Of a DNA stretch of 64,000 nucleotides, positions 54,401 through 63,406 are shown piece after piece. The DNA comes from an uncultured Eubacteriales bacterium (lineage in GTDB: Bacteria; Bacillota; Clostridia; UBA1381; UMGS1253). The stretch is from positions 257,347-321,346 of the forward strand of contig CABUKE010000001.1 of assembly GCA_902492065.1 (NCBI GenBank), given 5' to 3'. Below the pieces are notes generated by a model. It made no database searches. It was not told where the DNA came from and was given only the letters and a program-made list of their open reading frames with translations. How positions within the stretch are numbered: position 1 is the stretch's first letter; every line of letters starts with the position of its first letter. A program made the position numbers and the translations under genes.

Positions 54401-57400
54401 TCCGCATGTATTGCAGCGTTGAGCCCGGTATTGGAAACATTGAGCTCGCCGCCGTCTTCGCTTGTAATCGTCAGGCTTTCGTTGTAATACCGGAGAGCAT
54501 GACCATACTGGTATTCACCTCTCAGCGTGGAAGTCCCCTTCAGTCGGAGCGTACAAGGGGCATATGTGTCTGCTTCCTGACTTTTTGTAATCAGGATCGC
54601 CTGCCACTTTTCAGTTGTATGGATATTGACGTTGTCAAGCGTTATGTCCGCCGTGCCTTTGTCTGTCAAAATCCGAATGGTACTGTCGGTAGCGGCGCCT
54701 TCCTGCCTCATGGAAACCGTTACTGGCGTCGTCGTGTTAATAGTCAGTTCTTTCTCTGCCTCGGAATAGGAGTAGTCCGTACCCCCTGCGCCACCGGTCA
54801 CGATAAATGGTCCCATTGCTGACGGCCCCGCGGTTATAGTCGCGTCGTCGCCCATGCTTTCGATAAATGCATTTGCCGCCGCGTCTGCCTCTTCGGTTGT
54901 CGCGAAGCTCCATTCATTAGAGCCATACAGTTTGGTGTCGTCAACCAATGTATTGTCTAAAACGGTAAGCGAGGTGTTTGAGTCGCTTCCGAGCGCAATG
55001 CCGTTATACAGGCATACCGCCATGTAAGCGTCAACGGTGTTCCCCTGGAACGATACCGCGCCGTTGATATGGCCTACAAGCTGCAGGGCAACCTCTTTTT
55101 GCAGATGCTTCTGCAAATCGGTGTTGTGGTTTTGCCCGTCGCCTTCATAGGCCGCCTCCTGATTCAGCGTAAAGGTGTTGTTATCTACGTTGATATCAGC
55201 CTGCCCGCTGCGCGTTTCAACATGTACGCCGCGGTAGCCGGTCACCGTGTTGCCGTCAAAGACAAAATCGAGCGTGCCGTCCACTTTGTACCATACAGCA
55301 TACGCATTGTGCGAATAGAATCCGTCCGGATTGCCCTTAAAATCAAACACGTTGTCGATAAACGATACCGACGCCGCTGTGGGATACCCCGACTGCGAGC
55401 CGTTAAAGGTACAATTCTGCATGGTAACGCTGCCGCCGTTCGAGTCAAACAGCAAATCGTTGGCAAACGTCAGCCCGTCTACAACCAGCGACGCACCTGC
55501 CGGCAGCTTGATGTTGAGAACCGGGCAGTAAACCGGCCCGTCAATACCGTTTCCGTCAATGCCGCTCGTAATGCCTGCACCGTCTGTGGACGAAGTAATC
55601 GTCAAGGAGGTCAGCTCCGAGCCGGACAGGTCAAAGTATTTGCTGTAGCTGCTGGATACGGTACCATTTTCTTCGAGCATATATGCAATATTCACATCGC
55701 CCAGCAGGCTAACCGTTACGTCGCCGGACAGCTCGCCCGCCGCTGCAACTGCGCCTTCCAGACACGCATATTTTGTTTCGCCAATCTGTGCGACCCAATC
55801 CGTGCCGTTTTGTACAACTGCAAATACATCACCGGCGGAATTGTTATTATATGCATACTGGTCGGTGCAATTGCCGCTGATATTTTCGATTGCTGTCTGC
55901 GAAACATTGTTCTTTACTGTAATCTCCTGTGCATCGTAGAAGAGATTCGACTTCTCACTTTGCAAATTGCCGACAACGCCTGCGGCAAACGTGCCACCCG
56001 TAACCGAAGAAGCCGTGTTCGTGTTCCCGGTTACGATACCTGCGTTGTAAATGGTTCCTGCAATACCGCCGAAACCAAGCGTGCTGCCGCCGGCAGAAGT
56101 ACAGAGGATGTTGCCCGCGTTGGTGTTGTTCTTCACTGTGATGATTGCCGACTTTGCATAGCTTGCGCTGTTTTGATAGCGTACCCAACCGACAATACCG
56201 CCCGCGTTCGAACCGCCGTTGATTGCAGCCGTGTTTTCGTTATCCGAAATCGTGCCGTAATTCGTCTGTTCGCCGACGATGCCGCCCGCTGAGTTTCCAG
56301 CCGTGATGACGCCGCTGTTGGTGCAGCCGGAAATGTCTGCGGCGGAGAAGCCCGCGATGCCTGCGGCATGATAACTGCCCGAGGTAATTGGGCCGTCGTT
56401 TACACAATTCGTAATCCGCATATCCTTGCCGTCCGCCGTGTAGTACGCCTTGCTGACAATACCGCCCGCTACACCGGTGGAAGTGTGAACCGTGGCATGG
56501 TTGATGCAGTTTTTAATCTCGCCTTCCAAAACGATACGTCCGGCAACGCCGCCGCCGTCCGCCATTGCAACCGTGCCGGATACCGTGCAGCCGTCAAGAG
56601 TTGCATCTTGCAGCATACCGGCTACTGCGCCGGTCAGTTCATTGGCCGGAAGATTGATTGCAACATTGCTGAGCGTAAGATTTTTCACAACGCCGCCGTT
56701 TGCAACAATACCGAACAGGCCCGCCGCACTGTCGGCATTTGCGTTTGCAGGATTGCTTTCCGTGATGGTCAGATTTGCAATCGTCTGCCCGTTGCCGTCA
56801 AATACGCCGTTAAACGATGCGCCGGTGTATCCGCTGCCGTCGCGCGCACCATTGCCGATTGCTGTCCAGTCCTCAGCGGACAGGTCATACGAACCTTCTG
56901 CAAGCTGGATATACATGCCCGCATAGGTTACACCCTTATTGACGCTGTCGCGGAAGCCCTTCAGCCCATCGACGTTTGCAATGATGTATGGGTCAGCTTC
57001 TGTGCCTGTACCACCGGCAAAAAAGCTGTCGTCCAGTTCTACTTCATATTTTCCGTCCTCATTTGGTACCAAATCCATTCCAGGCGCAAGGTAACTGTTG
57101 TCTGAAATTGCAGTATCGGTAAAGGTACCGCCGGAGATAAAGCCCGTCTTGTCCTCGCTGTATACAGTGCCTTCAAAGCTGCCGCCCTGTACGGCAACCT
57201 GCACATCGTCAATCGATTCCTGCGGGTTCTTCTGCGGATTTGACTCGTACAGAGCCGCGCCGCCCTTCAAAGTGCTGTTTCCACTGATTGTAACTTCAAT
57301 CGGCAGCTTTGTTGTATGCTGTGCAATCGAAATTGCAGCGTTCACGGTTGTTGAGCCGCTCCCGTTCGGGTCGGAAACGACCTCGCCGCTGCCGCCTATG

Positions 57401-59193
57401 AGTGTGCTGTCAATAATATCGAGTTTTCCAGCGCGGATTTCAATCGCTGTTCCGCGGTCGACAGAACAATCAATCGTCGAGTTCCGCACTGTAGTTTCTG
57501 CATATCCAGCCAGATACATCCCCGTCGGAGTTGTTACCGGGCCGGTGCTCTCGGTGCGCAAGGTTGCACCGTCGAGCAGTATTTTCGGAACATTCCCCGT
57601 GCTGACGGTGTTTTGCCCGTTGATATAGAGCGAGTGGCCCGACCAGTCGGAACTATCCTTCATGGATACAAGCGTGCCATATACATCGGCACGGATACCA
57701 TAGCTTAAAGGCTGGTTTTGTTCGTTAGTTGCATAACTGATAAACAGCCCTGTCCAGCCTTTCAGCGTAATGTCTTCTCCTACTGTCACAACGCTGTAAT
57801 CTGCAACGTCCTCCGCCGAGCCGAACATTACAACTGGGCCATAAAGCGGCGATTCCTCATAAGCCGTGCCTGTCCCGGTCAGGTGCAGCGTCCCGTGCTG
57901 AATCTGGAATCGGCACGACTCTAAAAAGCCAACGCTGTGTCCGTTAAAGTCCACGGTAATCTCCCTGCCGTCTGTGAGAGGGATATTAGCGCAGTTTGTA
58001 ATATCGTCAAGCAGCTTAATTGTTTGCTTGTCCTTTGCCGCCGTAAATGCTTTTGGCAAGGACGCAAACGGCGTGCCATTTACTTCTGCAACGGGAGAGG
58101 AACCGTTGAAAATCGTCGTTCCCTCCTCGTCCGATACCGTAGCTCCGGTATTGGTTCCGGTTGTGCAGAGATTGTCCACCGTAGCAGGCGGCGCAATGTC
58201 GCCGCGAAGAGTGCCCGTGACATATCCCATTTTTGCATATTCTGCGATGTCGCTGCTGCATGCCAGCGTAATGCTGTCGACATAACAATCTTCCAGCACG
58301 CCGCCTTCGCCGCCGTTATTGTTGGTATATGTGCCGACAATGCCGCCGAGGCCCATGCTGCTGGCGTTCTGCGCTGCATAGTCGGCTGTGGCTGTGCTTG
58401 TCACTTGGGCACTGGATACGGAACAGTCTGTGATTTCGTTGTTGTTAAAGGCGGAACCAATCAGGCCGCCCACTTTACGGGTACCGCTTACGGAAAGATT
58501 TTTTACCGAGCAGCCAACCGTGGAAATTCCAGCGCCTTCCCCGCGAAAACCAATTAATCCGCCTATATTATCGCCCTCGAGGTCGGCTTCTTTATAAATG
58601 CCTGTCACCGTACTGCCGCTGTTTCCAATCACGGAGCAGTCTATCAAATCGGCATAGCCGCTGCCTGCAAGTCCACCAATCATATAGTGGCCCTCAATGG
58701 AGATATCTCCCTTTACGGTACAGTTTGTCACTGTGCCGGTAAAGGCACTGCCTACCAGCGCGCCTGCGTAACTTTCTGCTTTCACAGAAGCGTTCTCAAG
58801 CGTGAGATTTTGGATTGTTCCCGTTTTCGCTATGTAGCCAAACAAACCTGCTCCGGAAAGGGTTTCATCCTCGATAAACAGGTTTTTGACGGTTTTGCTC
58901 TGACCGTCAAACGTACCGGCAAACGCCGCAGAAGAAGCCAGGTCGCCAATCGGCGTCCATGCTTCGTTTTGCAGGTTGACGTCTGCGCCCAAAAGTATTG
59001 TTTTCCCAGCAAAGTCGTTCCCACCTGCTACAAGCTGGGCCAGCCCCATCAGCTCGGCTGCACTGTCCAACGTAAAGGATGAATCCTGTCCGTTGTACCA
59101 GCCTGTGTCCGGTTCGGCCGCGGATACCGCCGCCGGCAGCAGGGCGCAGACCATGCTAAGGGCTAAAAATAGTGCTAACAAGCGCCTTTTCAT
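51466..59193 (-). CDS. giant (2,575 aa) SLH-anchored cell-surface protein with GLUG blocks, long parallel beta-helix-like repeats, Ig-like domains, a Listeria-Bacteroides repeat and three SLH domains
   Basis: The signal peptide is MKRRLLALFLALSMVCALLPAAVSAAEP. An AAGGAG RBS lies 9 nt upstream. GLUG-type blocks are present (GLFGYIAKTGTIQNLTLENASV..., GLFGIVANGGVVKNLTLSNVAI...). G/N/T-rich beta-helix repeats are present (GGTFIMNGGTITKNHGG...FIMNGGSITGNTS...). Ig-like segments follow, then the shared C-terminal cassette. Confidence 0.9.
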   Translation of the reverse strand: MKRRLLALFLALSMVCALLPAAVSAAEPDTGWYNGQDSSFTLDSAAELMGLAQLVAGGNDFAGKTILLGADVNLQNEAWTPIGDLASSAAFAGTFDGQSKTVKNLFIEDETLSGAGLFGYIAKTGTIQNLTLENASVKAESYAGALVGSAFTGTVTNCTVKGDISIEGHYMIGGLAGSGYADLIDCSVIGNSGSTVTGIYKEADLEGDNIGGLIGFRGEGAGISTVGCSVKNLSVSGTRKVGGLIGSAFNNNEITDCSVSSAQVTSTATADYAAQNASSMGLGGIVGTYTNNNGGEGGVLEDCYVDSITLACSSDIAEYAKMGYVTGTLRGDIAPPATVDNLCTTGTNTGATVSDEEGTTIFNGSSPVAEVNGTPFASLPKAFTAAKDKQTIKLLDDITNCANIPLTDGREITVDFNGHSVGFLESCRFQIQHGTLHLTGTGTAYEESPLYGPVVMFGSAEDVADYSVVTVGEDITLKGWTGLFISYATNEQNQPLSYGIRADVYGTLVSMKDSSDWSGHSLYINGQNTVSTGNVPKILLDGATLRTESTGPVTTPTGMYLAGYAETTVRNSTIDCSVDRGTAIEIRAGKLDIIDSTLIGGSGEVVSDPNGSGSTTVNAAISIAQHTTKLPIEVTISGNSTLKGGAALYESNPQKNPQESIDDVQVAVQGGSFEGTVYSEDKTGFISGGTFTDTAISDNSYLAPGMDLVPNEDGKYEVELDDSFFAGGTGTEADPYIIANVDGLKGFRDSVNKGVTYAGMYIQLAEGSYDLSAEDWTAIGNGARDGSGYTGASFNGVFDGNGQTIANLTITESNPANANADSAAGLFGIVANGGVVKNLTLSNVAINLPANELTGAVAGMLQDATLDGCTVSGTVAMADGGGVAGRIVLEGEIKNCINHATVHTSTGVAGGIVSKAYYTADGKDMRITNCVNDGPITSGSYHAAGIAGFSAADISGCTNSGVITAGNSAGGIVGEQTNYGTISDNENTAAINGGSNAGGIVGWVRYQNSASYAKSAIITVKNNTNAGNILCTSAGGSTLGFGGIAGTIYNAGIVTGNTNTASSVTGGTFAAGVVGNLQSEKSNLFYDAQEITVKNNVSQTAIENISGNCTDQYAYNNNSAGDVFAVVQNGTDWVAQIGETKYACLEGAVAAAGELSGDVTVSLLGDVNIAYMLEENGTVSSSYSKYFDLSGSELTSLTITSSTDGAGITSGIDGNGIDGPVYCPVLNIKLPAGASLVVDGLTFANDLLFDSNGGSVTMQNCTFNGSQSGYPTAASVSFIDNVFDFKGNPDGFYSHNAYAVWYKVDGTLDFVFDGNTVTGYRGVHVETRSGQADINVDNNTFTLNQEAAYEGDGQNHNTDLQKHLQKEVALQLVGHINGAVSFQGNTVDAYMAVCLYNGIALGSDSNTSLTVLDNTLVDDTKLYGSNEWSFATTEEADAAANAFIESMGDDATITAGPSAMGPFIVTGGAGGTDYSYSEAEKELTINTTTPVTVSMRQEGAATDSTIRILTDKGTADITLDNVNIHTTEKWQAILITKSQEADTYAPCTLRLKGTSTLRGEYQYGHALRYYNESLTITSEDGGELNVSNTGLNAAIHAENGTNLTVQGNAVVKATSEQHNAINNCGLITIKENAQVTAAAGKEQTAIMSGNNTGEHKDTNGIVIGDNAKVTITKGKYGLYPYGLANMVIDGNAEVDISGLENYAIYNSASGISIGGNAVIRIHDTNGGGIWCKKDNIILKEQAQVNIATNGAYGIFAQSNVGLTIQDEAKVNVQGATTNGIYCTLPVLISNQADVEIVSAAAFGRQGFTVSPAAGKLYKVASGDDAVSAAIAYYSSETAGLAAQTKYFHAQISNVVEWGTDGEAYGNSGTFADLRTAIGSSAEPVYARLLGDAQLDTSLSVPSEKTLVFDLAGYTLTASQTNDTFLYINDSATLQLEDSSAAKTGTVTGHQSDGSRSAVQVMGGGTFIMNGGTITKNHGGTSPGGVKLMRNAKFIMNGGSITGNTSDNPQAGVDAANGSFVEVSGTAVITGNTGMDGDCDLWIDTLNGNTLTIGENGLDETAKIGIYINSRNFTFGQAFTAPYASGKAAASNFINNSGNFEVKEIDTADGQKQMILSRLQTITLAASPAETSVYGADVTLTATLEGVSSPNGNTIQFYNNAGETPVLLGTADTAGGVATLTLNAPEVADYTFEAVFAGTESYEIVRSNEVAYAVTSATATLVTAPKASRIQVGEQLSASTLSGGVVTGLDGTELAGTWSWKNDREMAEEGFYKEMAVFTPADSNYAPVEAADITVTVYRPSSGGGETVATRYTVTFDTQGGSKIGSVRVIKNGVVPKPAAPTRAGYTFEGWFTDAACKTAYDFDTKVTSDITLYAKWSIEPTIPEEPVDPDDWKNPYSDVSEQAWFYDAVKYATENGLFSGVSETEFAPDGTLSRGMLVTVLWRAEEKPVVNYLMMFDDVDQAAYYGEAVRWAASEGIVKGYSDTEFAPDQTITREEIAAILERYANYKSIDTSARGDLTKFADEAQISDWAKENVSWAVGYGLLSGKENSQLDPQGNATRAEMAAMLQRFFENLK
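51469..52266 (-). repeat. C-terminal anchoring cassette, copy B (inverted relative to 50266-51033)
   Basis: YTVTFDTQGGSKIGSVRVIKNGVVPKPAAPTRAGYTFEGWFTDAACKTAYDFDTKVTSDITLYAKW plus three SLH domains (YSDVSEQAWFYDAVKYATENGLFSG, FDDVDQAAYYGEAVRWAASEGIVKG, FADEAQISDWAKENVSWAVGYGLLSG). Confidence 0.75.
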
Positions 59194-59489
59194 GTACTAC
59201 AACTCCTTTAAAATAAGATTGTAATTTGGAAGGATTGAGAATTTAGTTTTATCCTAAATATATCCTATCACAAAAACTTATAAAGGGCAATAAACTGACA
59301 ATTTACAAAATAAGTTAGATTTACCAATTATCAAAAATTAATAATATTATACCAAAACAGGTAAAGAAAGCAAACGCATTATAAAAAATACGAAAAGAAA
59401 AATAGTTTCAAAAAAACTTGATAGCAACGAACAATGTGCGCTATACTATTTACAGCATAAAAAGTGAACCGATATAAGGAGGAAGGAAA

Positions 59490-60422
59490 ATGGCAAACAT
59501 ATATCAAAGCGTAACGGAACTGGTCGGGAAAACGCCCCTGTTGGAGATGAAGCAGTTTGGTGCAGCGGGCGGAGCCGGCGCACGGATTCTTGCAAAGCTG
59601 GAATACTTTAATCCGGCGGGAAGCGTGAAAGACCGCATTGCATTGGCAATGATACGGGATGCGGAACAGCGCGGCACGCTAAAGCCCGGCGCAGTCATCA
59701 TTGAGCCGACAAGCGGCAATACAGGCATTGGGCTTGCCAGCATTGCGTCCGCGCGCGGCTACCGCGTTATCCTGACCATGCCGGAGACGATGAGTGTCGA
59801 ACGGCGCAACCTGCTCAGAGCATACGGGGCAGAGCTTGTTCTCACGGAGGGCAAGCTTGGCATGTCGGGTGCAATTGCAAAGGCAAACGAACTGGCGGAG
59901 GAGATAGAAGGTGCGTTTATTCCGGGGCAGTTTGATAACCCGGCAAACCCGAAAGCGCATATGGAGACAACTGGGCCAGAAATCTGGGCCGACACGGACG
60001 GCAAAGTGGATATTTTTGTTGCCGGTATCGGCACGGGCGGCACGCTGACCGGTGTGGGGACGTATTTAAAAGAAAAAAATCCGGCGGTCAAGATCATTGG
60101 CGTGGAACCGGCAAAGTCGCCCGTTCTCACAGAGGGAACGGCGGGGCCACACGGCCTGCAGGGCATCGGCGCGGGCTTTGTGCCGAAGGTGCTCGACACG
60201 AACGTGTACGACACAGTCATCCCTGTGCAGGAGGAGGATGCGTACCGTGCGGCGCGCCTGATTGCGAAAAAGGAAGGTGTTTTGGTCGGTATTTCATCCG
60301 GCGCGGCGGCCCATGCGGCGCTCGAAACTGCAAAACAGCCGGAAAACGCGGGAAAGACGATCGTCGTCCTGCTTCCCGACACGGGCGACAGATATCTATC
60401 CACGCCTTTGTTTGATGAATAA
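59490..60422 (+). CDS. cysK: cysteine synthase A (O-acetylserine sulfhydrylase)
   Basis: [20 protein letters not shown]...[19 protein letters not shown] (PLP Lys)...[14 protein letters not shown]...[10 protein letters not shown]. An AAGGAGGAAGG RBS is present. Confidence 0.93.
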   Translation: MANIYQSVTELVGKTPLLEMKQFGAAGGAGARILAKLEYFNPAGSVKDRIALAMIRDAEQRGTLKPGAVIIEPTSGNTGIGLASIASARGYRVILTMPETMSVERRNLLRAYGAELVLTEGKLGMSGAIAKANELAEEIEGAFIPGQFDNPANPKAHMETTGPEIWADTDGKVDIFVAGIGTGGTLTGVGTYLKEKNPAVKIIGVEPAKSPVLTEGTAGPHGLQGIGAGFVPKVLDTNVYDTVIPVQEEDAYRAARLIAKKEGVLVGISSGAAAHAALETAKQPENAGKTIVVLLPDTGDRYLSTPLFDE

Positions 60423-60448
60423 AATTACATTTTGTGAGGTATGGGGTC

Positions 60449-61114
60449 ATGGTAAAGATTGAAATGTGGATAAAAACCTTACAGGAGCGGCTGCTGGCCG
60501 CATTTGGCGACAGACTGGCCTATATTGGCTTACAGGGGAGCTACCGCCGCGGCGAGGCGGACGAGGCGAGCGACATTGACGTGATGGTGGTGCTCGACAC
60601 GGTGACAGCGGAGGACTTACGGAAGTACCGGGCTATTATCGCACAGATGGAGGAAGCGGAAAAGGCGTGCGGCTTCATCGGCGGGCGAGAGGAGCTGCTG
60701 CATTGGCCGAAGCACGAACTGTTTTTACTTGTGCAGGAGACGCAGGATTGCTATGGTCATCTGCGGGACATGGTGCCGGCGTACGGGCGCGCAGATATAG
60801 AAGCGTTTGTCCGGATTAACACGGCGAACCTCTATCATGCGCTCTGCCACGGATATTTGTATTCCGAGGATACAATGGCGCACCTTGCGGGGTGCTACAA
60901 GGCCGTATTTTATATTTTGCAAAACCTACACTATTTGCAAACGGGCGCATTTGCCGCAACGAAGCGCGGCCTGCTTGCGGTTTTGCGCGATGAGGATAAG
61001 GCCGTTCTGGAAACAGCTCTGCGCCTGCGCGCCGGGGAATGTGTAGATATGGAGGAGGCATTTTCGCGCCTGCTTGGCTGGTGCCAGAAAACGCTTGCCG
61101 GCCTGCCGCAGTGA
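60449..61114 (+). CDS. nucleotidyltransferase-domain protein (Pol-beta superfamily, aminoglycoside-NTase-like)
   Basis: YIGLQGSYRRGEADEASDIDVMVVLD is the GS-x(n)-DxD NTase motif. The start is uncertain (ATG 60449 or 60464; the track start is 60434). Confidence 0.62.
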   Translation: MVKIEMWIKTLQERLLAAFGDRLAYIGLQGSYRRGEADEASDIDVMVVLDTVTAEDLRKYRAIIAQMEEAEKACGFIGGREELLHWPKHELFLLVQETQDCYGHLRDMVPAYGRADIEAFVRINTANLYHALCHGYLYSEDTMAHLAGCYKAVFYILQNLHYLQTGAFAATKRGLLAVLRDEDKAVLETALRLRAGECVDMEEAFSRLLGWCQKTLAGLPQ

Positions 61115-61133
61115 TAGAATTTTCTTTTTGTTT

Positions 61134-61166
61134 AACCCGTCAATCCAAATTGGCGGGTTTTTCTTT
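61134..61166 (+). terminator. intrinsic terminator after the nucleotidyltransferase gene
   Basis: AACCCG-T-CAAT-CCAA-ATTG-G-CGGGTT followed by TTTCTTT. Confidence 0.65.
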
Positions 61167-61192
61167 ACAAACGAATCGAAAAACAGTATAAT
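61164..61192 (+). promoter_or_regulatory. sigma-A type promoter for mnmA (and possibly metNI)
   Basis: TTTACA (61164-61169), a 17-nt spacer, then TATAAT (61187-61192). Confidence 0.5.
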
Positions 61193-61238
61193 GAATACCA
61201 TATCAAATACATGGATTTGTAAGAATTGGGGAAAAACT

Positions 61239-62312
61239 ATGGGTAAAAAGGTTATGGTTGCCATGAGCGGCGGGGTGGACAGCTCCGTTGCAGCGGCGCT
61301 TTTGAAAGAGGAAGGCTTCGACGTATGCGGCGCGACGCTCAAGCTCTTTGCGGGAGAAGATGACGCGGAAAGCGCGACGCGCACGTGCTGCTCGCTTTCC
61401 GATGTGGAGGATGCGCGCCGCGTGGCGCACCGGATGGGGTTTGAACACTTTGTATTCAACTTCAAAGACGACTTTCGGCATTGTGTGATGGATAAATTTG
61501 TGGAGGCGTACCTGCATGGCGAAACGCCGAACCCGTGCATCGACTGTAACCGCTATATCAAGTTTTCCAAGCTGCTCGCGCGGGCGCGCCTGCTCGAGAA
61601 TGAATACATTGCGACCGGGCACTACGCCCGGATCGAATACGACGCGGAGCGCGGTCGTTGGCTGCTGAAAAAAGCGGCGGACAAGAGTAAGGACCAGACG
61701 TATGTGCTCTATGCTATGACACAGGACGAGCTGGCGCATACGCTGCTGCCGCTCGGCGGCCTGACAAAAGCCGAGGTGCGGGCGATGGCGGAGGCGCGCG
61801 GCCTCGTCAATGCGCGCAAGCCGGACAGCCAGGATATCTGCTTTGTCCCGGACGGCGACTATGCCGCGTTTATCGAGCGTACGACGGGTGAGCGTGCGCA
61901 GGCAGGCGACTTTATTGATACGCAGGGCCATGTATTGGGCCGACACGCGGGCGTTATCCGCTACACGATTGGCCAGCGCAAGGGGCTGGGCGTGACGTTT
62001 GGGGAACCGCGCTACGTTGTGGCAAAGGATGCGGCGGCAAATACGGTTACGCTTGGGCAGCATGAGGAACTGTTTTCCGATATGCTTGTCGCAAAGGATG
62101 TAAACTGGATTATGATTGAGGCGCTGACCGAGCCGATGCAGGTGCGTGCAAAGGCGCGCTACAAGCAGCCCGAGGTAGAGGCGACCATTTCGCCGCTTGA
62201 CGGCGAGCGGGTGTTGTGCCGCTTTGCCGAGCCGCAGCGCGCGGTGGCGCGCGGGCAGGCTGTCGTGTTCTACCAAGGCGACTGTGTGGTTGGCGGTGGT
62301 ACAATTGAATAG
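61239..62312 (+). CDS. mnmA: tRNA-specific 2-thiouridylase
   Basis: MGKKVMVAMSGGVDSSVAAALLKEEGFDVCGATLKLF carries the PP-loop SGGxDS. ...NPCIDCNRYIKF...ATGHYAR...DKSKDQTYVLY follow. The ATG at 61239 follows GGGGA. The track extension from 61074 overlaps the previous gene and its terminator. Confidence 0.93.
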   Translation: MGKKVMVAMSGGVDSSVAAALLKEEGFDVCGATLKLFAGEDDAESATRTCCSLSDVEDARRVAHRMGFEHFVFNFKDDFRHCVMDKFVEAYLHGETPNPCIDCNRYIKFSKLLARARLLENEYIATGHYARIEYDAERGRWLLKKAADKSKDQTYVLYAMTQDELAHTLLPLGGLTKAEVRAMAEARGLVNARKPDSQDICFVPDGDYAAFIERTTGERAQAGDFIDTQGHVLGRHAGVIRYTIGQRKGLGVTFGEPRYVVAKDAAANTVTLGQHEELFSDMLVAKDVNWIMIEALTEPMQVRAKARYKQPEVEATISPLDGERVLCRFAEPQRAVARGQAVVFYQGDCVVGGGTIE

Positions 62313-62383
62313 GCAGGCTATATCGTGTAAAACCATATAAAAATATACGCCGGGCTATGCGGCCCGGAAACAAATAAGGGGGG

Positions 62384-63406
62384 ATGGCGATGGAGCGCGA
62401 AAACCCGATTATCCGGTTTCGCGGGCTTGGGAAAACCTTTCATACGAAAAACGGTGAAGTCACAGCGCTGCGCGGGATTGAGTTCGATATCCATGCAGGC
62501 GAGATTTTCGGCATCATTGGGATGAGCGGCGCGGGCAAGAGCACGCTCGTGCGGTGTATTAACTTCCTGGAGCGGCCGACGGAGGGGACGGTCATCTTTG
62601 ATGGAAAGGACCTCGGCTCTTTGCGGCCCAAAGAGCTGCGCCAGACGCGGCGCAGTATGGGGATGATTTTTCAGCAGTTTAATCTTTTGATGCAGAAAAC
62701 CGCATTTGACAACGTTTGCTTCCCTATGCAGATTGCGGGTGTGCCAAAGGCGGAGGCGCACGCGCGCGCGGCGGAGCTGCTCCGCGTCGTAGGGCTGGAG
62801 GAGCGCGCGCAATCCTATCCGGCACAGCTTTCCGGCGGGCAGAAGCAGCGCGTGGCGATTGCGCGCGCCCTTGCGACGAACCCGAAGGTGCTCTTATGCG
62901 ACGAGGCGACGAGCGCGCTCGACCCGACGACGACGACATCCATCCTCGCACTGCTAAAAGACATCAACCAGCGCATGGGAATCACAATTGTCGTGATTAC
63001 GCATGAGATGAGCGTGGTGGAGGAGATATGCAGCCGTGTCGCCATCATCGACGACAGCCGGATTGCGGAGATTGGAAAAATCGAGGACATTTTTGCCAGT
63101 CCGAAGTCGGACGCAGCACGCCGGCTCGTGTTCCACGACACGAAAAGTGTGGAGCATTTCACGGGGAAACGCTGTATCCGGATTGTGTTCGACGGCCGCT
63201 CGTCGTTTGAGCCGGTCGTATCGAATATGGTCATGGAGTGTAAGGTCCCGGTCAACATTATGTTTGCCGACTTGAAAGATATAGACGGCAAGGCGGCGGG
63301 GCAGCTTGTCTTGCAGCTTCCGGACGAGGAAACGGGCGCGGCAAAAGTGAAAAACTATCTGGCCGGGCACGGCTTAAGTGTCGAGGAGGTGGGCGGCTAT
63401 GTTTGA
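62384..63406 (+). CDS. metN: methionine ABC transporter ATP-binding protein (with C-terminal NIL domain)
   Basis: GIIGMSGAGKSTLVRCINFLERPTEG is Walker A. LSGGQKQRVAIARAL and LLCDEATSALD are also present. The C-terminal NIL-like segment reads ...VVSNMVMECKVPVNIMFADLKDIDGKAAGQLVLQL. Confidence 0.9.
   Translation: MAMERENPIIRFRGLGKTFHTKNGEVTALRGIEFDIHAGEIFGIIGMSGAGKSTLVRCINFLERPTEGTVIFDGKDLGSLRPKELRQTRRSMGMIFQQFNLLMQKTAFDNVCFPMQIAGVPKAEAHARAAELLRVVGLEERAQSYPAQLSGGQKQRVAIARALATNPKVLLCDEATSALDPTTTTSILALLKDINQRMGITIVVITHEMSVVEEICSRVAIIDDSRIAEIGKIEDIFASPKSDAARRLVFHDTKSVEHFTGKRCIRIVFDGRSSFEPVVSNMVMECKVPVNIMFADLKDIDGKAAGQLVLQLPDEETGAAKVKNYLAGHGLSVEEVGGYV

Noticed and set aside
61203-62336. A 377-aa minus-strand ORF covering all of mnmA.
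   Set aside because: It is antisense to a textbook MnmA (PP-loop SGGxDS). Its product is Arg/His-rich.
62313-62383. A possible SAM (S-box) riboswitch or T-box ahead of metN. The same was considered ahead of cysK at 59225-59489.
   Set aside because: The gaps are too short or too AT-rich. They lack the conserved S-box or T-box blocks (no specifier/T-box sequence, no four-way junction motifs).
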